A DNA stretch of 64,000 nt from Dehalococcoidia bacterium (GCA_965217625.1 OZ244557.1:1601422-1665421); one strand, 5' to 3'. Positions 31,023-40,728 are shown, numbered from the stretch's first letter. The notes: generated by a model not told the origin, from the letters alone. Translations and numbers: made by a program.

Positions 31023-34000
31023 TCAGACCGCGAGCCGCAGGGAGCGGGTGATCGACTCGCGGATGTAGAGCCGCCAGGCGATGGCGACGCCCACCGCCAG
31101 CATGGCGATGAGCACCAGGTAGGACGCCCCCACGGTGGTCCAATCCGTCGTCAGCAGGAATGGCGGCAGGACGCGGTCGCCCGCCTCGTCGACTTCCAGG
31201 AAGCGCAGCATGAGCCGGGCGATCCGATCGCCCAGGAAGGTGCCCAGGCCCAGCCCCACCACGGCCACGATCGTGTACTCGACGATCAACTGGCCCAGCA
31301 GCGTGCGCCGCCCGATGCCCAGCGTGCGCAGCACGGCCATCTCCAGCATGCGCGCGTGCGCCGTGAAGATGACGCTGACCAGGAAGGCCACGATCACCAG
31401 CAGGCCGACGGCGATGAACGAGACCAGCAGGATGCCGCTGCCGCCCGCCGCGACCAGTGGATCGTCGCCGGCGGTGGCCACCTGAAGCCGCTGATCGATC
31501 GGTTCCCCGCCCTCGCTCAACTCGGTCAGCGCCAGGATCGTGCGCTCGCGCAGGCCCGGGTCGCTGGGGCCGCTGACCCAGGCCTCGTTGATGGCGATGG
31601 GCCGGCGCAGGCTCAGCATGGTGCCGAGGTGGTAGAGGTCGAAGACATCGGCGATGAGGAAGCCGCCCTCCACCAGCGGGTCGAGTGTGGGGAAGAACTC
31701 GACGGAGTCGATGATGCGGACGTCGATGCTGTACCCGGTAAAGCGGAAGGGCGCGCGGCTGCCCACCACGAGCCCGTGCGTGCGCAGGAAGCTGTTGCTG
31801 GCGACGACGTTGAGCGCGCAGACGCCCGCGGGGTCGCAGAGGTTCGGGGCCGGCAGATAGACGCCGCGGCGGCCGGGCGAAACGCCGGCCGTCCAGCGGT
31901 ATTCCATCGCGCCGTCGCCGCTGCGCGCCAGACCGTCGGTGCGGCGCGCCGCCTCATCGGTGGCCTCCGCGCGGGAGAGCGGCTGCATGCGCCACAGGTG
32001 GGCGGCCGACTCGAAGCCTTCCAGCAGCACGGCCTCCCCGTCGCGGGTGATCGCCGTAATGTCGTCGAAGCGGATCGTGCCGGGCTCCGTGATGCTGCGG
32101 TTTTCCGCCTCCGTGTACGCGACTGCGTGCAGCGTGTAGGGCGGCTCGGTGCGGTCCGCCTGAGCCGTGCCGAAGGCGGGCACGCGGAGCTCCTCCCACG
32201 TCCCACTGAGCGCCGGCGTGCCCATCAGAACCCGGAAAAAGCGCCCCGCGCCGTCGCGCACTTGCAGCCAGATGCTGATGTCGTCGCGGACTGCGCTGAG
32301 GTGCACGGCGACGCTGAACTCCGCCACGTCGTCCGGCACGGCGATGCCGCCCAGGCTGGGCCCCGGGGCGAGCGCGGACAGGATCTCCGCCGGCGGCGTC
32401 TCGGTGAAGTCGTCGCGGAACCACAGGAAGCCGGCCGCGCGCTGACTCTCGACGCCCAGCATTTGCACGCTGCCACCCGCGGCGGCGCCGGTGCGGGAGA
32501 TGCTGCCGGTGCGCCGGATCGCGATCGCGGTGGGGCTGTCCCCCGGCAGACCGTCGAGCCGCTCCTGGAGCACGCCGGGCGCGGCCGGCTCGATCGGGGC
32601 GCGCAGATCGGCGCCCACGGCGTAGCGCTCGCGCTCCTCAAAGGAGCGCACCACGGTGCCGCCGTAGGACGCCGCAAAGGTGCCCAGCGCCGCGGCCAGC
32701 ATCAGCAGCAGGCTGAGCCGCGCGAGCGGCCCCGGGTTGCGCACGGCCTGTCGCAGCCCCGCCGCGATGGGCATCGCCAGGCGGTCGCGCCCCAGCCAGG
32801 CGAGCGCGCGCAGGCCGACCGGCAGCAGGCGCAGGACGAGGATGACCGCGACCAGCCCCACCAAGGCCGGCGCGATCATCACCAGGGGGTCGGTGGCGAG
32901 CCCGCCCACCGTGTTGCGGGTGAACACGGCGTCGCGCGCGGAGACGGCCCAGACCAGGAACCCGGCGACGGCGAGGAAGGCGATGTCCAGGTAGTAGCGC
33001 TGCACCACGTTCGCGCCGGCGGGCCGGGCGGCCACGTAGCGCGCCGCGCCGGGCCGCACGTGCGCCGCCACGATGACCGGGATCAGCACCGCGACGACGG
33101 CCAGCGCCGCGCCGGCCAGCGCCAGCGCCCAGGCTTGCGGCGTGAGCGGCGTGGCGATCCACGTGGCGCCGGTCACGTCGCGGAACGCGCCCACGAATCC
33201 CAGCGCGCTGATCGCGCCGAACGCGACCAGCGGCGCGATCAGCGCCGCGACGAACACGATCGGCGTCAGTTGGACGACGTAGAGGCCCAGCACCTGCAGC
33301 AGTGACGCGCCGCGCCCGCGCAGCAGGATCAACTCCTCGGTCTCGCGGCCCACCAGCAGCCGCGCCATGACCACGATGAAGAAGAAGACGATCGCGACGA
33401 CCTGGATCAGGATGATCAGGATCGGCACGACGCTGAAGTCCCGCTCGGCCTGGAAGCGGCGCAGGACGTCATCGATCCGGCTCTGGGTGAAGGCGTTGGC
33501 GGTAGTCACGTCCTCGCGCAGCGCGTCGAAGCGGGCCAGGTCGGCCGGCACGTCGTGGCTGTCGAACGCGGCGACCGGCACGGCGTCCTGGATGCGGCTG
33601 CGCACGTGGTAGCCGGGGAGGATCTGCGCTAGCGGCCCGGCCAGCGCGTCGGAGTGGACGAAGAGGGGCAGGGTGCCGAAGAGGCTGGGGTTCAGCGTGC
33701 CCCCCATGCTCCGCAGGCTGTGCAAGCCGGCGCGCCAGAGGGGCAGGGCCGGGTCGTTGGCCTCGAAGATGCCGACGACCTCGACCGGGATGCGCAGCGA
33801 GACGATGGCGCTCGTCTGGCAGGGCACCGCGTTGGGCGGCGGCGACCCGTCCGGCAGCGGCGGCTCGCGGTCGCACTCGTCGTAGACGTCGGCGATGGGG
33901 AACGCATCGCCGACCTCGATGCGCAGCAGGTCGGCGTGGAAGCGCGGGATCGCGACCTCCACCGGGCCGTCCAGCACCGGGAAGCCGAGGCCAGGGTCGA

Positions 34001-34448
34001 GGCGCAGCGCCGGCAGCCGTGGGGCGCGGCCTTCGAACACTGCCTCCGATTCCCAGCCCTCCACGCTGGTGATCTGCGCGCCGAAGTTGGCGTTGGAGAC
34101 CAGGCCGCTGTCGAACAGCATGTGCAGGGCGCCCACCTGCTGGGCCCGCAGGTGGCCGGGCAGGGCGAGGTCGCCGAAGTGCGCCTCGAGGCTGCCCTCC
34201 ACGAACGCCGTCACGTCGGCGCTGCGCTGCCCGCCGAGCAGCGTCTCGTAGGGGGTGACGTCCACGGCGCCGGTCTCGCCGGTGGCGCGCCGCAGGTCGT
34301 AGTTGAGCCCCAGGTCGGTGAGGGCGCGCGTGTAGAGCGTCGTCGAGGCCATCAGCACGCTGGCGATGAGGATGCCGAAGCCGACGACGCTGAGCAGTCG
34401 CCAGTTCGCACGCGCCCGCAGATAGAGGAGTCGGAGGGTGGTCTTCAC
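31023..34448 (-). CDS. Large FtsX/MacB-like ABC permease, paralog of 26487-29849
   Basis: ELILLRGRGA, QRYYLD, EMAVLRTLG, shared C-terminal PPF(L/V)LxTDW. Confidence 0.88.
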   Translation of the reverse strand: MKTTLRLLYLRARANWRLLSVVGFGILIASVLMASTTLYTRALTDLGLNYDLRRATGETGAVDVTPYETLLGGQRSADVTAFVEGSLEAHFGDLALPGHLRAQQVGALHMLFDSGLVSNANFGAQITSVEGWESEAVFEGRAPRLPALRLDPGLGFPVLDGPVEVAIPRFHADLLRIEVGDAFPIADVYDECDREPPLPDGSPPPNAVPCQTSAIVSLRIPVEVVGIFEANDPALPLWRAGLHSLRSMGGTLNPSLFGTLPLFVHSDALAGPLAQILPGYHVRSRIQDAVPVAAFDSHDVPADLARFDALREDVTTANAFTQSRIDDVLRRFQAERDFSVVPILIILIQVVAIVFFFIVVMARLLVGRETEELILLRGRGASLLQVLGLYVVQLTPIVFVAALIAPLVAFGAISALGFVGAFRDVTGATWIATPLTPQAWALALAGAALAVVAVLIPVIVAAHVRPGAARYVAARPAGANVVQRYYLDIAFLAVAGFLVWAVSARDAVFTRNTVGGLATDPLVMIAPALVGLVAVILVLRLLPVGLRALAWLGRDRLAMPIAAGLRQAVRNPGPLARLSLLLMLAAALGTFAASYGGTVVRSFEERERYAVGADLRAPIEPAAPGVLQERLDGLPGDSPTAIAIRRTGSISRTGAAAGGSVQMLGVESQRAAGFLWFRDDFTETPPAEILSALAPGPSLGGIAVPDDVAEFSVAVHLSAVRDDISIWLQVRDGAGRFFRVLMGTPALSGTWEELRVPAFGTAQADRTEPPYTLHAVAYTEAENRSITEPGTIRFDDITAITRDGEAVLLEGFESAAHLWRMQPLSRAEATDEAARRTDGLARSGDGAMEYRWTAGVSPGRRGVYLPAPNLCDPAGVCALNVVASNSFLRTHGLVVGSRAPFRFTGYSIDVRIIDSVEFFPTLDPLVEGGFLIADVFDLYHLGTMLSLRRPIAINEAWVSGPSDPGLRERTILALTELSEGGEPIDQRLQVATAGDDPLVAAGGSGILLVSFIAVGLLVIVAFLVSVIFTAHARMLEMAVLRTLGIGRRTLLGQLIVEYTIVAVVGLGLGTFLGDRIARLMLRFLEVDEAGDRVLPPFLLTTDWTTVGASYLVLIAMLAVGVAIAWRLYIRESITRSLRLAV

Positions 34449-34560
34449 ATCGGCCCCGTGTCGGGGGCTGAGTGTAGCTGGCGGTCGCCGCTGGGGGGTG
34501 GGGGGTTAGCCCTGCGGGATCAAGTCGACTCAGGGTCCGGTGGCCTAGACTGGCGAGACA

Positions 34561-35586
34561 GTGAACTACTTCGGTTCATATCGACGGCTGCGGGACAACG
34601 CGAAGTCAGCGATCACGGCTGCGATTGAGGTCTACAACAAGCCGCGGTTTCCCTATCGCGATGAAGTGTTCATCATCCTTCTTCTCAACGGATGGGAGCT
34701 GTTGATCAAGGCGCTTCTTTCGAAGAAGCGTGTATCCATCTACTACCCAAAGAAACGTAGGCAGCCCTACCGGACGCTTGGGCTCACTCAGGCCTGCAAT
34801 CGCGCAGTCGCGAATGGGGCGTGGCCGGCCACGATCCGATCCGAGGCAGTCCTTGCGAATCTTCAGCAGCTGACGGTGTATCGAGACGGGGCAGTCCACT
34901 TCTACAACGCGCCGGGGTTCGAGATCTTGATCTACAGCCTCTCCCAGACTGCGATCACCAACTTCCGTGACGTGCTTCGCGATTCGTTTGGGTACGAGCT
35001 TGCGGATGAGATCGGCTGGCGAATCCTACCGCTTGGGACCGAGCCGCCTGTCGATCCGATCGCATATCTGAGTGGAGCCCGAAAGGGGGGACGGGCGACC
35101 CAGACCGCGGTCAATCGCTTCTTGACGGGATTGCAGGCGAGGATGCGGCAACTCGACGCCGTCGGCGTGTCGACTCAGCGCCTTCTCACCATCCACGACG
35201 TGGCGCTCCAGTCGGTGAAGAAGGTGGAGCATGCAGACGTAGTCATAGGTGTTGACGCCTCAGTCGGCGGTGGGAACCCGGTCCTCATCGAACGCCCAAC
35301 CGATCCGAAGCTGTCGCATCCCCTCCGCCAGAATCAACTGCTCAAGGAGGTGGGAGAGCTGCACGGGAAACTCTTCACGTCGTGGGACTTCTACGCGGTC
35401 CGCGAGCACTTGGGCCTGGGGACGCAGCAGCATCTGTGCTACCGGGACGAGGAGGTCGGATTGACGCGGTGGTCGAGGGCAGCGGTCTCCGTCATCAAGC
35501 GACTACCGCGAACTGAACTGGGGGCGGCGCGAGAGGCACACCGCTCACACCTCCGCGAACGACGACGGCAAAGGAACGCGAACTAG
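34561..35586 (+). CDS. DUF3644-domain (HEPN-like) protein
   Basis: AAIEVYNKP...NGWELLIKA signature and R-x4-H motif RDGAVH. More AT-rich codon usage. Confidence 0.8.
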   Translation: MNYFGSYRRLRDNAKSAITAAIEVYNKPRFPYRDEVFIILLLNGWELLIKALLSKKRVSIYYPKKRRQPYRTLGLTQACNRAVANGAWPATIRSEAVLANLQQLTVYRDGAVHFYNAPGFEILIYSLSQTAITNFRDVLRDSFGYELADEIGWRILPLGTEPPVDPIAYLSGARKGGRATQTAVNRFLTGLQARMRQLDAVGVSTQRLLTIHDVALQSVKKVEHADVVIGVDASVGGGNPVLIERPTDPKLSHPLRQNQLLKEVGELHGKLFTSWDFYAVREHLGLGTQQHLCYRDEEVGLTRWSRAAVSVIKRLPRTELGAAREAHRSHLRERRRQRNAN

Positions 35587-35625
35587 ACCGGGTAGCGCGC
35601 CCACGCCGCCGACGACCCCGACCCT

Positions 35626-36501
35626 CTACGCCTGGAACGACGCCAGGACCTTCCGATACGCCTCCAGGTTCGACGACGGCGCGACATCCTGCTGGGCGGG
35701 ACCGGCGGCATCGGCGAGGGGCGCGTCTTCGTTGACGAAGAGCAGGCCCGTGGGCACGTGCCCCTCCTGGTCGAGGGCCAGCAGACGCGTGAAGACGCCG
35801 CCCCGGTCGTGGGGGTCGTAGCCGGGCATGCGCTCAACATCGACGAGGTGCGAGGGCCACTCGTGGTAGCGGTCGTTGTACGCCACGCAGGGCGAGATGA
35901 CCTCGAGGAAGGCGAAGCCGCGACCGCTGTTGGCGTGGACGATGGCGGCGTCGGTGAGCCGCTCCAGCTGGTCACCGTCGCCCGAGTAGCTGCGCGCCAG
36001 GAAGGTCGTGGCGGGGATGCTGAGCCCCAGCATCACCGGGTCGACCTGCTCGCGGGCCGCGAAGCCCTTGAACCCGCCCTGGCTCGTGGGCGAGGCCTGG
36101 CCCTTGGTGAGCCCGTAGGTGCTGTTGTTCATGATGATGTAGGCGATCGACGGGTTGTTGCGGAACGTGTGCATCAGGTGCCCGCCGCCGATGGCGAGGC
36201 CGTCGCCGTCGCCGCCGGCCGCGATGACGGTCAGCTCCGGGTTGGCCATCTTGGCCCCCGCGGCGCTGGGCAGGGCGCGGCCGTGCAGCGCGTGGTAGCC
36301 GTAGGCCCGCACGTGATTCTGGACGGTGCCCGAGCAGCCGATGCCGGCGACGATGAGCGCGTCCTTGCCGTCGATGCCGAGCCGCCCGAAGGCGCCATCG
36401 AGGGCGTTGAGCACGCTGAAGTGGCCGCAGCCGGCGCACCAGATGGTGTCCTTGATGGGGAAGGTCTGCGTCACACCGGGCTCGGTCGTCAGAGTGGTCA
36501 T
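35626..36501 (-). CDS. korB: 2-oxoacid:ferredoxin oxidoreductase beta subunit
   Basis: WCAGCG, GIGCS, LHGRALP, TPP motif GGDGDG, NNSTYGLTKGQASPT, SPCV. Confidence 0.92.
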   Translation of the reverse strand: MTTLTTEPGVTQTFPIKDTIWCAGCGHFSVLNALDGAFGRLGIDGKDALIVAGIGCSGTVQNHVRAYGYHALHGRALPSAAGAKMANPELTVIAAGGDGDGLAIGGGHLMHTFRNNPSIAYIIMNNSTYGLTKGQASPTSQGGFKGFAAREQVDPVMLGLSIPATTFLARSYSGDGDQLERLTDAAIVHANSGRGFAFLEVISPCVAYNDRYHEWPSHLVDVERMPGYDPHDRGGVFTRLLALDQEGHVPTGLLFVNEDAPLADAAGPAQQDVAPSSNLEAYRKVLASFQA

Positions 36502-36545
36502 GCGGCTTCCGTTCTCCGTCGCTGGGCGATGGCCGGCCCCGTGCC

Positions 36546-38330
36546 CTACTGCTGCCCGCAGTAGGCGGCGATGGGCCCCACGACATCGTTGGGGCGCATG
36601 GGCTCTCCGTCGAAGCGGAGCACATTCTCGATCTTGGACGCGTCGGCGCCCTCGCGGATGAAGAGCTTGGCCATCTGACCGCTGGAGTTCAACTCCACGA
36701 CGAAGACCCGGCGATGGCTGTTGATGAACTCGACCGTGTCCGGCATCACGGGCCAGAGGGTGCGCGGCTGGTGGTAGGCGACGCCGATGCCCCGCGCCGC
36801 CAGCCGCTCCAGCGCCTCCAGGATGGGGCCGAACGCCCCGCCGACGCCGATCACGCCGATCTCGGCGTCGGCGTCGCCCCAGAGGACAGACGAGGGCAGG
36901 TGGCCCTCGCGCAGCGCGGTCTCGATCTTGCGGTCGCGCTTGGCGACCATCGTCAAGCGGTTGCCCGGGTGCGTCGTGACGGTGCCGTCGGGGTAGCGCT
37001 CGTTGCCGGTGACCAGCGACATGCCGTGGGCGGTGCCGGGCACGGTGTAGGGCGAGACGCCGTCGGCGGTGACGGCGTAGCGGTCGTAGCGGTCGAGGGC
37101 GTCCACTTCTTCCTGACTGAGGCGCTTGCCCCGGTCGATCTGGATGGCGTCCAGGTTGAAGGGCTCGATCGTGGCGAGGTTCTGGCAGGTGCCCTGGTCC
37201 ATCGCGACGTAGACGGGGATCTGGAACTGCTCGGCGAGGTTCGTCGCCTGGATGCCGATCTCGAAGCAGTCCTGCACGCTGCCGGGCGCGACCACGACGC
37301 GGGGGAAGTCGCCGTTGCCGCCGAAGCACATCAGGTTGATGTCGGACTGCTCGGGCTTGGTGGGCATGCCGGTGGAGGGGCCGCCGCGCTGGGTATCGAC
37401 GATGACGAGCGGGATCTCGCCGCTGCCCGCCTGGCTGACGCCCTCCTGCATGAGCGCGAGGCCGGGGCCGGAGGTCGCGGTCATGGAGCGCACGCCGGTG
37501 AGTGCGGCGCCGATCGCCATGTTGATCGCTGCCAGCTCGTCCTCGGCCTGCCGGGCGATGCCGCCGAACTGGGGCAGCCACTTCTGCAGCCAGTCCAGGA
37601 TGTCGGTGGCCGGCGTGATGGGGTAGCCGGTGAAGAAGCGCCCCCCGGCGACGAGGAAGCCGAAGGCCAGCGCGTCGTTGCCGGTGAGCTGGATGCGCTC
37701 GCTGCCGTGCCGCTGCGTGACGTTGTAGAGGCCCTCGCCCACCTGCATCGCTTCGGCGGCCCCGAAGCCCAGGTCCAGCGCGCGCAGGTTGTAGCCCAGG
37801 ATGGGCTGGCCCAGGCGATTGAAGCGGGTGCGCACGGCGTCGCGGACTTCGTCATCGGGGATGCCGAGCGCGCGCGTGACGATGCCGGTGGCGACCATGT
37901 TCTTGTAGAGCGTGCGGCCCAGGTCGCGGACGGCGTAGCGGCCCATGGGCGCGGCGAGCAGGCGTGCGCCGTCGGGCAGCAGGCCCGCCGGCAGATCCCC
38001 CTCGGAGCTGTCGAAGACGACGACGGCGTCGTGCGCGAGGCGGGGGGCGGCGCGGCGGACGCCCTGCTCCTCGAACGCCACGACGATCTCCAGGTGGTCG
38101 CCCATGGCGTGGCGCTCGGGGGCGGAGGCGCGCAGCGAGGCGGCGGCGTAGCCGCCCTTGATCCGGGAGAGCACGTCGCGCTCGGTGTAGACGTGCAGGC
38201 CGTCGCGACGCAGCAGGTCGGCCAGGACCGTGGTGACGGTGAGCGAACCGTCGCCGCCCTGGCCGGAGCAGATCACGTTCAGGTCGTCGATGTGGCGGGC
38301 CGTGAAACGGGGCGCGTCGATGGTGGTCAT
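36546..38330 (-). CDS. korA: 2-oxoacid:acceptor oxidoreductase alpha subunit (gamma-alpha fusion)
   Basis: GQGGDG, YPITPAT, AEDELAA, TSGPGL, QRGGPSTGMPT. Confidence 0.92.
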   Translation of the reverse strand: MTTIDAPRFTARHIDDLNVICSGQGGDGSLTVTTVLADLLRRDGLHVYTERDVLSRIKGGYAAASLRASAPERHAMGDHLEIVVAFEEQGVRRAAPRLAHDAVVVFDSSEGDLPAGLLPDGARLLAAPMGRYAVRDLGRTLYKNMVATGIVTRALGIPDDEVRDAVRTRFNRLGQPILGYNLRALDLGFGAAEAMQVGEGLYNVTQRHGSERIQLTGNDALAFGFLVAGGRFFTGYPITPATDILDWLQKWLPQFGGIARQAEDELAAINMAIGAALTGVRSMTATSGPGLALMQEGVSQAGSGEIPLVIVDTQRGGPSTGMPTKPEQSDINLMCFGGNGDFPRVVVAPGSVQDCFEIGIQATNLAEQFQIPVYVAMDQGTCQNLATIEPFNLDAIQIDRGKRLSQEEVDALDRYDRYAVTADGVSPYTVPGTAHGMSLVTGNERYPDGTVTTHPGNRLTMVAKRDRKIETALREGHLPSSVLWGDADAEIGVIGVGGAFGPILEALERLAARGIGVAYHQPRTLWPVMPDTVEFINSHRRVFVVELNSSGQMAKLFIREGADASKIENVLRFDGEPMRPNDVVGPIAAYCGQQ

Positions 38331-39631
38331 ACGATGCTCCCATTGCCGTTCCCGGCGGCGGCGGCGCGGGCGGCGGCTTCCTCTTCCGCCTTCTTCTTCA
38401 TCTTCGACAGGCGGAAGCCCTTGGGGTCCATCTGACCGGTCTCGCGGCGCTCCTGCACGGTGGGCAGCAGCGGCGGCGGCAGCTTGTCGCGCTTGTAGCC
38501 CGACAGGCGCTGCAGCAGCGGCTTGCTGCGCGGCGCGTCCGAGACGGGGCGGGTCTCCAGCCAGCCGTCGTCGAGGCAGGCCTGGAAGGCCTCGTGCCCG
38601 GCCTCGGTGCGCACGACGGTGTAGGTCCAGCCGTCCAGCCCGATGCCCCCGGCGCCGATGTCGGCCTGATCGGTGGCGTAGTCCTGGCAGTAGAGGCAGG
38701 CCGGGCGGGCGTACTGCTGGAACTCCTTCAGCGACCGCTGCTCGACCACGCCGTCGGTGAAGCGGATGATCACCTTGCCCTTGATGTTGATGTTGTCGAT
38801 CTCTTTGCGGTCGCGGCCGTAGTCGCGCGCCAAGGCGGCGATCGACTCGTGCGTGAAGGCCTCCGAGCAGAACAGCCCCAGCACGAGCTTGATGTTCTCG
38901 CGGTACCACTTGTTCATCGCCAGGCGGATGCCGGAGTGCTGCTGCTGCCGCACGCCGTCGACCTGGCAGGGCACGCCGACCACGGCGATCGGCTTGATGT
39001 CCTTCTCGATCGCCTCGCTCAGGGCCACGGTGTTGGGCGAGTAGGTGTAGCGCGATCCGCGCGCGTTCAGGATCTCGTCCGGCGTGGTGGCCAGCAGCTG
39101 TGTTCCCACTTGGGGGTCGTGCGGGAGGATGTCGCCGATGACGGCGCCCTTGATGCCGCCCTGCTCCAGTTGGTGCAGCAGGATGGCGCTGATAAGCCCC
39201 CCGTCCTGGGCGCGGGCCGCGATCTCGGGCTTGGTCGCGCGGACCAGGCACTCGTAGGCGTAGACGCCGTAGCCCTCGTCGAGCTTGGGCTCGCGGTAGT
39301 GCATGACGTCGGCGATCGTGTGGTCGGGCGGGCTGAGCACCGGGCAGACGTCGGCGCAGAGCACGCAGTGCACGCAGGCATCGGGGCGGGTGTCCACCGG
39401 CTCCTCGCCCACGTAATCGAAGACGTCGGTGGGGCAGATCGTGACGCAGGCGGCGCAGCCGACGCACTTGCCCGTGTCGACGACCTCGCGCATGAGGAAG
39501 TCGTAGGCGTCGAAGCCGCCGCGGTTGATCTCCGTGCGCCAGGCGAAGGCCCACTCGGAGGGGGGCGTGCCGCCGTCGACGAGGGATCGGTAGCGAGCGA
39601 GCACCGCGTCGGAGCGTGCCAGATCGACCAT
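38327..39631 (-). CDS. FrhB/FpoF-family (F420 hydrogenase/dehydrogenase beta-type) flavoprotein with N-terminal 2x[4Fe-4S] ferredoxin domain
   Basis: CVGCAACVTICP and CVHCVLCADVCP; QDGG, GSRYT, VGVPCQ, GLFC, ACLYCQD, ADIGAG. ATGA overlap with korA. Confidence 0.9.
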   Translation of the reverse strand: MVDLARSDAVLARYRSLVDGGTPPSEWAFAWRTEINRGGFDAYDFLMREVVDTGKCVGCAACVTICPTDVFDYVGEEPVDTRPDACVHCVLCADVCPVLSPPDHTIADVMHYREPKLDEGYGVYAYECLVRATKPEIAARAQDGGLISAILLHQLEQGGIKGAVIGDILPHDPQVGTQLLATTPDEILNARGSRYTYSPNTVALSEAIEKDIKPIAVVGVPCQVDGVRQQQHSGIRLAMNKWYRENIKLVLGLFCSEAFTHESIAALARDYGRDRKEIDNINIKGKVIIRFTDGVVEQRSLKEFQQYARPACLYCQDYATDQADIGAGGIGLDGWTYTVVRTEAGHEAFQACLDDGWLETRPVSDAPRSKPLLQRLSGYKRDKLPPPLLPTVQERRETGQMDPKGFRLSKMKKKAEEEAAARAAAAGNGNGSIV

Positions 39632-39723
39632 CGTCATCTCCCCGTCACGACGCCGCGCCGCGCATTCCAGTGCCCCACGGGCGTGCAGCACCGGCCAGTC
39701 GCGCCGCGCGCAATTCTGGCACA

Positions 39724-39744
39724 GTGGCGAAACGGTATCGCCAC
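39724..39744. promoter_or_regulatory. Palindrome GTGGCGA-N7-TCGCCAC in the divergent promoter region (candidate operator)
   Basis: Perfect 7-bp inverted repeat between the FrhB-kor operon and uppP. Confidence 0.4.
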
Positions 39745-39872
39745 GCTGGGGTTTTGTCACGTACTCCGGCGACTTCCGCCCCGCGCGGCGGCGGTGGTCC
39801 CAGCGCGCCGCGCGCGAGACGATGGACGCGCGCCGCGTCCGCCGGTGCGAGGGAAGGGCGGCCGTACAGCCG

Positions 39873-40703
39873 ATGTCGATTCTGGAGGTCGTCGTTCTCG
39901 CCATCGTGCAGGGGGTGACGGAGTTCCTGCCGGTGAGCAGCAGCGGGCACCTGGTCCTGGGGGCCTGGATCCTGGGCGCCGACGATCCCGGCGTCGCCTT
40001 CGACGTCGCAGTGCACGTGGGCACGCTGCTGGCGCTGCTGGTCGTGTTCCGGGCGGAGTGGTGGGCGATCGCACTGGGTCTCGTGGGACGGGGAGCGGCC
40101 GGGGCGGGGGGCGCGGGGAGCAGCGGGCTGCCCCCGTCGCGACTGCTGACGCTGGTCATCCTGGGGACGCTGCCCCTGGCCGTCGTGGGCCTGGCCGTGC
40201 GCGACGCGCTGGACGGCCCGCTGCGCGACCCGACCTGGGTGGGCGCGTTCCTGATCGGCACGGGCGTGATGCTGTGGGCCGCCGACCGCTTCGGCCGCCG
40301 CACGCGGGCGCTGGCGACGATCGGGGCGCGCGACAGCCTGCGCATCGGCGTCGCGCAGGCGGTGGCGGTGCTGCCGGGCGTCTCGCGATCGGGCATGTGC
40401 ATGGCCGCGGGGATGCTGCACGACGTGACGCGGGAGGGGGCGGCGCTGTTTGCCCTGTACCTGGCGGCGCCGGCGATCGGCGGGGCGGGGCTGTGGGCCG
40501 CCTACCAACTGGCGGCGGACGGCGCGGAGGCGGGCGTCGGCCTGGGCGAGATGGCGCTGGGGGCGGCGGTGTCGTTCGCGGTGGCGGTCGTGGCCATCCG
40601 GGGGCTGTTGGCGCTGGTGCGGGCGCACTCGCTGCGGGTGTTCGTCGTCTACTGCCTGGTGGCGGGCCTGGCGGTGCTCGTCGCGCGGGCGTCGGGCTTG
40701 TAG
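39873..40703 (+). CDS. uppP: Undecaprenyl-diphosphate phosphatase
   Basis: VQGVTEFLPVSSSGHL and PGVSRSG; multi-TM. Confidence 0.95.
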   Translation: MSILEVVVLAIVQGVTEFLPVSSSGHLVLGAWILGADDPGVAFDVAVHVGTLLALLVVFRAEWWAIALGLVGRGAAGAGGAGSSGLPPSRLLTLVILGTLPLAVVGLAVRDALDGPLRDPTWVGAFLIGTGVMLWAADRFGRRTRALATIGARDSLRIGVAQAVAVLPGVSRSGMCMAAGMLHDVTREGAALFALYLAAPAIGGAGLWAAYQLAADGAEAGVGLGEMALGAAVSFAVAVVAIRGLLALVRAHSLRVFVVYCLVAGLAVLVARASGL

Positions 40704-40728
40704 GCGGGCCCGCGTCGGTCGGCGGCGC

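Noticed and set aside
34480-35625. Flanking repeats around the DUF3644 gene (also sought around the ATPase and DUF2335 islets)
   Set aside because: Only short, weak matches that would be expected by chance.
38327-39631. F420-reducing [NiFe] hydrogenase or formate dehydrogenase locus
   Set aside because: No large/small hydrogenase subunit, molybdopterin subunit or maturation gene in the window.
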